Below, piece by piece: positions 58,014 to 64,000 of a stretch of 64,000 nucleotides of DNA (its first letter is position 1; each line of letters begins with the position of its first letter). A program made the position numbers and the translations under genes. Location of the stretch: contig OY969724.1 in assembly GCA_963702205.1 (NCBI GenBank), forward strand, positions 1,760,001-1,824,000, written 5' to 3'. A model generated the notes under the pieces. It did no database searches. It had not been told where the DNA came from and saw only the letters and a program-made list of their open reading frames with translations. The stretch is from an uncultured candidate division Zixibacteria bacterium. GTDB taxonomy: Bacteria > Zixibacteria > MSB-5A5 > GN15 > PGXB01.

Positions 58014-59895
58014 TGTCGATCGCTTCCAATTGCTCCAATTTTTCGTAGAGGTCGATCAGGACGTCCTCGACCCGGAGTTTTTCTTTGGACGCCGCTTCCA
58101 GTTTTTCCCAGTCCGTTTTGGGAATGTTATGGTCCAGATCGGCGGCGAGGTTCTCGAGAATTTTTTCATGATCGGCTATTTTAGAGCGGACCGATTGCAG
58201 TTCCTTTTTTATCCGGCCCTTTTGCTGGGATAATTTTTTAAACTCTTCGTAAGCTCGTTTTTTATCCGGGTCGGAGGCCTTCTTTTTCGGGGCTTCCTCG
58301 GCCTGTGCGGTTTTTTCTTTATAATACGAATATCCCCCGGCGTACACTTTGAGACGACCTTTTTCGATTGCCGCGATTTTGTCGGCCACCCGGTCCAGAA
58401 AATAGCGGTCGTGGCTGACCAGAAGACAGGTACCGTCGTATTCCATCAAAGCTTCTTCCAGCGCCTGGCGCGAGTCGATATCGAGGTGATTGGTCGGTTC
58501 GTCGAAAATCAGAAAATTGGCGGGACGGTACAATATTTTGGCCAGCGCCAGCTTGGTCTTTTCGCCGCCGGAGAGGAACTGCACTTTCTTGAAAACGTCC
58601 TCGCCGCTGAACCCGAACCGGGCCAGATAGGTCCTAAGACGCGCCGGTTCGGCCAGGTTGTCCAGCTCCCAGATTTCATCGAGGACGATGTTATCTTCAT
58701 TCAGGTCCGAAAGCTCCTGATCGAAATAAGCCGGTTCCACTTTGTTGCCGACTTCCACCCGGCCGTCGAGCGGTTCTATGTCACCGAGGACGGTTCTTAT
58801 TATGGTCGTCTTGCCGCACCCGTTGGGACCGATCAGGCCGATTGTCTCACCGCGGTACAGGTTCATGTCGACGTCTTCGATTAAAGGGCGATGACCGTAA
58901 CCGAATGCGGCTTTCTCGCACGAAAGAACCAGATTGTACGATCGTCCGCTGGTGTCGATCGATATATTGTGCGATCCCCGGTCGGCATCGGGAAGTTCTA
59001 TGCGCTTTATGCGGGCGAGATATTTCTGGCGTGACTGGGCCTGCCTGGTTTTTTGTCCGGCCATGTTACGCCGGATGAAATCTTCGATGCGTTTGATCTC
59101 ATCCTGCTGGTGCCGAAAGCGGTGCTCCAACAGCCGCCGCCGTTCCTGACGCTCTATCAAGTACTTATCAAAGCCGTTGAAGTACTGGTCTATCCTACGT
59201 GAATTAATTTCCCAGACTTTGGAAACAGTGTTGGCCAGAAACGCCCGGTCGTGCGATACGACAATATACGCCTTTTGCTGGCCGTTCAGATATTCTTCGA
59301 GCCAGATCGTCGATTGCAAATCGAGATGGTTGGTGGGCTCGTCGAGCAGAAGCAGGTTGCTCTGTCCGGCCAGAACGCGGGCGAGCGAAGCGCGGTTTTT
59401 CTCACCGCCGGAGAAAACCGACAGTTTGTTGTGAAAACGGTTTTCAGGAAAACCGAGCCCGATCAAAATTAGTTTAACCTCGGCCTCGAAATCGTAGCCG
59501 CCGTCCGTTTCAAAACGGTGTTGCAGCTGTCCCAATCGGTCCAGTGTTTTTTCGTTTTCCGGATCGCGCTCCAGTTCCTGGCCCAGGCGGTCGATCTCCT
59601 CGCGCGCCGTTTGAAGATCAGGTCTTGCCCCAATGACGAATTCCATCAGGGTTTGCTGAAGCTCTTCATCGAGTTCCTGTCTCAAATATGAAACCGAACA
59701 GCCTTTGGATTTTAATACCTGACCGGATTCGGGAATGGCGCGACCGGTGATGATTTCAAACAGGGTAGTCTTGCCGATACCATTGGGTCCAACCAGCCCG
59801 ATACGGTCGTCGGCGTTCAATGAAAATGACAAATCCTGAAACAGATAACGATTTTCGATCTTCAGGGTAATATTTTCACCGGATATGAGCGTCAT
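57994..59895 (-). CDS. ABC-F family ATPase
   Basis: Two NBDs (GPNGIGKT and GPNGCGKT, SGGE, DEPTNHLD), no TM, C-terminal coiled coil. Start at 59895 by ATGA overlap. Confidence 0.92.
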   Translation of the reverse strand: MTLISGENITLKIENRYLFQDLSFSLNADDRIGLVGPNGIGKTTLFEIITGRAIPESGQVLKSKGCSVSYLRQELDEELQQTLMEFVIGARPDLQTAREEIDRLGQELERDPENEKTLDRLGQLQHRFETDGGYDFEAEVKLILIGLGFPENRFHNKLSVFSGGEKNRASLARVLAGQSNLLLLDEPTNHLDLQSTIWLEEYLNGQQKAYIVVSHDRAFLANTVSKVWEINSRRIDQYFNGFDKYLIERQERRRLLEHRFRHQQDEIKRIEDFIRRNMAGQKTRQAQSRQKYLARIKRIELPDADRGSHNISIDTSGRSYNLVLSCEKAAFGYGHRPLIEDVDMNLYRGETIGLIGPNGCGKTTIIRTVLGDIEPLDGRVEVGNKVEPAYFDQELSDLNEDNIVLDEIWELDNLAEPARLRTYLARFGFSGEDVFKKVQFLSGGEKTKLALAKILYRPANFLIFDEPTNHLDIDSRQALEEALMEYDGTCLLVSHDRYFLDRVADKIAAIEKGRLKVYAGGYSYYKEKTAQAEEAPKKKASDPDKKRAYEEFKKLSQQKGRIKKELQSVRSKIADHEKILENLAADLDHNIPKTDWEKLEAASKEKLRVEDVLIDLYEKLEQLEAIDNENSDT

Positions 59896-61973
59896 GATTC
59901 GGCAATTTCGATCTTTTTGTCCCGCGATAACAGCATTTCCACGCCCAGCAGTATTACTACCGCCCAGAGCACTACTTTCCACAGTTCCCGTCCGTAACGC
60001 GATTCGGTGATAATCGGTCCGGCCGGTTTATCGTACGGCAGCACCTTGACATCTTTCAAACCCAGAAGATTGCCCAGACGATCCGGATCGACCGACGCCA
60101 GGTCGCTTTCGTCGGGGGAGACGTTGACCGCGAACATATCGAGCACACGGCCGCCGGCTTCGAGCTGATATATCCCCGGCACGTCGACCGGTCGGCAGTC
60201 GAACATCACCTGTCCCGATTGTTCCACCCCGCCCAGAACATAGCTGCGATCGTCGGGTGTGACCAGCGTCGCCTGATTGTCGGACAGCCGGAACCCGGAC
60301 AGGTTGCGCGGCACCGACGATCCAACCGTGAAATTTCGACCTTCTTGTGACGGGTCTCCCGCGAGGTACTCCATGGTCCTGATAACCATTGGGACGAAAA
60401 ATGAATGGCTGGCCAGATCGGTGTAGTCCGGAGACAGCGGCGCGGTCAGAGCGATATATCGACCCAGACCCGAGGGCTCCTCGACCAGCGCCGGTTTACC
60501 GTTGGAAAACCAGGCCAGCTTGCGGTTGTTGTCACCGGAGACTATATCCGGCAGTGCGAAATATTTTAGTGTCGGTTCGGCCGATGAGGAGTCCTTGCCG
60601 AACGGCTGAAATATAGGGTGCGTGTAATCGAATCGTTCCATTGTATAATAACCCGCGCGGCTGAACGATTGCGGTATGGGCGCCGCGAAGTTGAGTTCAA
60701 CTTTCTGCCCGAGACTTTGATTGAACAGGTTAATATCGGTGTTGGCTCCCGGTATGTAGAAGACCCCACCACCGCCGTCGACAAACCGGTTGACCCTCTG
60801 AAACAGGGGAGTGTCGAGCGAATCGATTCCGGCCAGCACTACGGCATCATAGTCCGACAGCGTGACCGCGGAAACTTCGTCAAGACCGATTGATTTCACC
60901 ATCCAATACCGGGCCAGCGATTCATCGGGAACCAGAGCCAGTCGTATCAGGTCGCCGGTGCCGTCGCCGTCGATAATAAGAACGTTGAACGTTTTGGGGA
61001 TATATATGCTGAAATAATACCTGTTGTCCGGTGCATAGCCGTCGTCGGAGAGCTCGATCCGCCCGGTATGATAACCGGTGGTTTGCAGCGTGTGCGCAAA
61101 CGGTATCGTGACCGTCGCACCCCCACCGATTCTAAACTCGGACTGGAAGACACGGACCCCGTCGACAAACAGCGAGGCGAGAAGATCGTCTTTATCGAAA
61201 TTGTCGTAATTTTTTATTTCAGCTTTGATATTAAAAGACGCACCGACCTCGATCAACTGCCCGCCCATGTCTATTCCGAGCAGCCCGCAGTTACCGTCGG
61301 TTTCGACCGGCAGCCCGGCAACATAGAACGTAAAGTCCTTCGGCACCGAATCGACCGTTTTTTCGATATTTATTTTCTGGCGGTCCGTGACGAGATATAT
61401 TTCCTTGTTCAGGCTCCTGGCGCGGCTTAGAAACGCGACCGCTTCATTGACTGCTTCGGTCATATTGTCTTTGTCATAACCGGCAGTTGTCTTTTGCAGG
61501 ACATTTTCGGCCACGTCGCGGCTGAACAGCCGCTGTCCGGCCGGGTATTCCGGAGTCCGGTCGAACGGTATCAATATGACATTATCCACCTCACCGAAAC
61601 TTTGCAGAATGTCTTCTGTCTTCTTGACGGCCAGATCGAAAAGTTGCCCGTCTTTGAACTGGCGGTTCATCGATGCCGACCGGTCCAGGAGAATCGCCGC
61701 CGAAACCCCCGCGTGGGAGCCGATATAACCGCCCTTGGTTGCCGGACGGGCAAAGGCCAGGACGGCAACGAAAATGATCAGCATGCGAAGCAGAAGCAGA
61801 AGCAATTGGCGGATTTTGAGCCGTCGCACCTGGCGCTTTTGCATCTGTTTGAGATGCCGCAGCGACGAAAACTCGACTATCTTGACCCGCCGTCGGGAAA
61901 ACAGGTGAATCAACAGCGGAATAATTGCCGCCGCCGCCGCGAATAGTACAGCCGAGTTGAGAAAGTTAAACAT
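59892..61973 (-). CDS. BatA-domain / vWA membrane protein
   Basis: F-x-N...IPLLIHL...LLLLLRML...ARP (BatA N-terminus), MIDAS-like DRSASM, C-terminal ESDL and ELW plus TM. Confidence 0.85.
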   Translation of the reverse strand: MFNFLNSAVLFAAAAAIIPLLIHLFSRRRVKIVEFSSLRHLKQMQKRQVRRLKIRQLLLLLLRMLIIFVAVLAFARPATKGGYIGSHAGVSAAILLDRSASMNRQFKDGQLFDLAVKKTEDILQSFGEVDNVILIPFDRTPEYPAGQRLFSRDVAENVLQKTTAGYDKDNMTEAVNEAVAFLSRARSLNKEIYLVTDRQKINIEKTVDSVPKDFTFYVAGLPVETDGNCGLLGIDMGGQLIEVGASFNIKAEIKNYDNFDKDDLLASLFVDGVRVFQSEFRIGGGATVTIPFAHTLQTTGYHTGRIELSDDGYAPDNRYYFSIYIPKTFNVLIIDGDGTGDLIRLALVPDESLARYWMVKSIGLDEVSAVTLSDYDAVVLAGIDSLDTPLFQRVNRFVDGGGGVFYIPGANTDINLFNQSLGQKVELNFAAPIPQSFSRAGYYTMERFDYTHPIFQPFGKDSSSAEPTLKYFALPDIVSGDNNRKLAWFSNGKPALVEEPSGLGRYIALTAPLSPDYTDLASHSFFVPMVIRTMEYLAGDPSQEGRNFTVGSSVPRNLSGFRLSDNQATLVTPDDRSYVLGGVEQSGQVMFDCRPVDVPGIYQLEAGGRVLDMFAVNVSPDESDLASVDPDRLGNLLGLKDVKVLPYDKPAGPIITESRYGRELWKVVLWAVVILLGVEMLLSRDKKIEIAES

Positions 61974-61991
61974 GGTCTGAAATCGTGTTCG

Positions 61992-63914
61992 TTATTCCGT
62001 GTACGGTTGTTTGGTATACAAAGTGCAAAGTTCGTGGTTGTGGACCGAAATCGGCTCGTTCAAAGCCTGTTGATAAAACCCGAGCGCCCGTTGACGGTCG
62101 TCCTGAAGGTCGGCGATTTTCCCGAGGGTCATCAGTATGTCGCCAAGATAGAATGTGCGAGTTTCCAGAAAGAGAGCCGTCTCAAGATGGGCTTTGGCTT
62201 CATTAAGGTCGCCCAGTCCGAACAGGGCCATTCCGGCCCAGAAACGGGGAGTCGGGTCATCATTGCTTTTTTCCATCAACTGCTGCGCCCAGTATAGAGC
62301 ATCGTTAAAATCCGATTCGGCTGCCGCCGAATCGTACCAGGCCCCCGGTGCTTTTTTTATCTGACCCAGAAACAGGAGGAAGCTGATTTTACCCGGCGTC
62401 GACTTTTCCCGCCCGTAATAATCTTCGGCCAGCTTAATGGCGCCGGCGGTATCACCCCGTATTGCCTTTATTTCGGCCTTCTGAAGCTGGCTGGTCACAT
62501 ATTCCGAGTCGATCGCCATAACCCGGTCATACATTACATCGGCACTGTCGTACTCTCCGTTAATAAGATCTATATTACCGATTATCTGGAAATATGACGC
62601 GCGCGCCGAATCCAGCTTAATAAGTCTCTCGTAAGCGTCCCTGGCCCGGTAATACTGTCCGGTCTGGAAACACAACCCGGCCAGTTTACGCCAGGTGTCG
62701 ACCGAATCGGCCCGGTGTTCGTCGTACTGGATCATCTGGTCCAGATATTCGAACTGCTTATCGACCTGCAACAGCACCCCGGCTCGCCCGGCATAAAAAT
62801 CGAACTGGGCCCGCATAAAATGTAGCGTATCTATATAATTCACCCAGCCGTTTTGAAGAGAATCGAGCGGCAGTTTGAATATGTCCTGAAGGTTTTTCAA
62901 AATCGACAGGTCATCCGAATGCTGATACCAATTCTTAACCCTGGTCGGGCCGTACTGATCAGCGAGGTACTTTACGAACGACCCGGCCGTCACCTCGGCG
63001 ACGTGGGCATCGGCGGCATAGTACCCCGATGACGTCAGCATGTCCTTGATTTGGGGGACGGTCCCATCGGCCATGATCTTTTTCATTTCATACGTGTTGA
63101 AATCCATATAGCCACCCAGGCCTTCCAGAATGAACGGCGGGGCATATCCCCACAGCCGCAACAGAGCGAACATATCAGCCAGGATAGACTCGCTCGAAAT
63201 GTAGGTATGGCTGTAAATAGCATAAATCGTATTCCGCGACGGGTCCAGCATGTACCCGAAACGCTTGTCCCAGTGCACGTTTTTCATCGGGCAAGGGTAT
63301 AGAAACAGGTTGATGCGGCTTGTCAAAGACAGGTTAAACAGCTTCTCATACTGGGTGAATTCGGATTCAAGGTACGTTTTAAGCGAGTTCCACCTGAAAT
63401 CCGCCAGTGTATTGGGAATGAAATAATATTCAAAATTGGCGCTGGGGTCGGATTTGAAAGGAAAGTCTTGTCCCAGGCCATAGGAGCATCCCGCCGTATC
63501 GAGCGCTATCTTATTCCTCGGGCTGACCAGCAACTGGTAGACGGAGCCTTCTTTGCCGGGGATGTTTTCGATCCGGGCGGGAAGATTGTACTCTATATGA
63601 AACCGCTCGGCGGTGCTGTACGGTTTCGAGCCGATCGTGACGAGGTGAAGATCGAATTCGGCGAAATTGGAATCCACAGCCGTAACATTTATATTCAGGC
63701 TCATGTTCGTGATGAATATATTCTGCGACGTCCCGACTATAATGTCGGCCGTATCCCGGATTACTTCGAAGTACTTATCCATATAGGCCGGTTTCTGGCG
63801 GACAATCAACTCCAATTCGAGCCCGTCGGCGGTCTGGGCCGAGCTTGAACAGAAACTCATAATCAGCAAAACAGACGCGGATATCAGCGTCAATAGCAAT
63901 TTTCTCATGGTCAT
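61992..63914 (-). CDS. Secreted protein with a peptidase-MA-like central domain and C-terminal TPRs
   Basis: Signal peptide, PPFILEGLG and AGSFVKYLADQYG motifs, TPR repeats, no HExxH visible. Start uncertain. Confidence 0.6.
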   Translation of the reverse strand: MTMRKLLLTLISASVLLIMSFCSSSAQTADGLELELIVRQKPAYMDKYFEVIRDTADIIVGTSQNIFITNMSLNINVTAVDSNFAEFDLHLVTIGSKPYSTAERFHIEYNLPARIENIPGKEGSVYQLLVSPRNKIALDTAGCSYGLGQDFPFKSDPSANFEYYFIPNTLADFRWNSLKTYLESEFTQYEKLFNLSLTSRINLFLYPCPMKNVHWDKRFGYMLDPSRNTIYAIYSHTYISSESILADMFALLRLWGYAPPFILEGLGGYMDFNTYEMKKIMADGTVPQIKDMLTSSGYYAADAHVAEVTAGSFVKYLADQYGPTRVKNWYQHSDDLSILKNLQDIFKLPLDSLQNGWVNYIDTLHFMRAQFDFYAGRAGVLLQVDKQFEYLDQMIQYDEHRADSVDTWRKLAGLCFQTGQYYRARDAYERLIKLDSARASYFQIIGNIDLINGEYDSADVMYDRVMAIDSEYVTSQLQKAEIKAIRGDTAGAIKLAEDYYGREKSTPGKISFLLFLGQIKKAPGAWYDSAAAESDFNDALYWAQQLMEKSNDDPTPRFWAGMALFGLGDLNEAKAHLETALFLETRTFYLGDILMTLGKIADLQDDRQRALGFYQQALNEPISVHNHELCTLYTKQPYTE

Positions 63915-64000
63915 GTTATTTCTTATACATATCAAACGTCATTGAGAACAATACGATTATCTTTATAAATCGGCAGGATAGAAAGCGAATCCGGCTGCGA

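Noticed and set aside
1..64000. CRISPR arrays, tRNA/rRNA genes, IS elements, integrases
   Set aside because: None recognised by eye. Intergenic gaps are short and show no repeat-spacer periodicity or cloverleaf; tRNAscan-SE and Infernal would be needed to exclude small RNAs formally.

Overview
Gene-dense window from a diderm bacterium. The dockerin plus 'LYQNYPNPFNP' C-terminal sorting-domain protein and the Bacteroidota-type T6SS core suggest an FCB-group, possibly Zixibacteria-like, host; this is an inference. Positions 111-15102 hold a type VI secretion system. Its sheath, tube, spike and baseplate (TssB, TssC, TssD, VgrG, TssE, TssF, TssG, TssK) resemble the Bacteroidota subtype iii. I cannot recognise the subtype-iii membrane genes tssNOPQR. 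In their place, after tssK, are three unfamiliar genes: a C-terminally anchored TssL-topology protein, a TRAFAC GTPase-TM-periplasmic protein with TssM-like motifs, and a secreted VirB10/TrbI-like protein. Other oddities of the locus are a PASTA-like domain on TssG, a ClpV split into two coupled ORFs, and +1 frameshifts in tssC and tssK. Next come a dockerin/T9SS-type cargo protein, an opposite-strand cluster (Ser/Thr kinase, two CsgG-like/TPR proteins, beta-barrel, LRR lipoprotein), trkAH, a substrate-binding/TolC fusion, and an ECF sigma cluster with a SigW-type promoter and an active/inactive HtrA pair. The rest is mostly housekeeping: rng, fmt, def, yajC, nth, prmC, tldDE, rsgA, prfA, rpmE, an ABC-F ATPase and a BatA/vWA protein. 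A candidate leader-peptide attenuator precedes rsgA and an Eis-like acetyltransferase. No rRNA, tRNA, CRISPR array or mobile element was recognised. All family assignments are by eye from motifs and gene order; no database searches were run.
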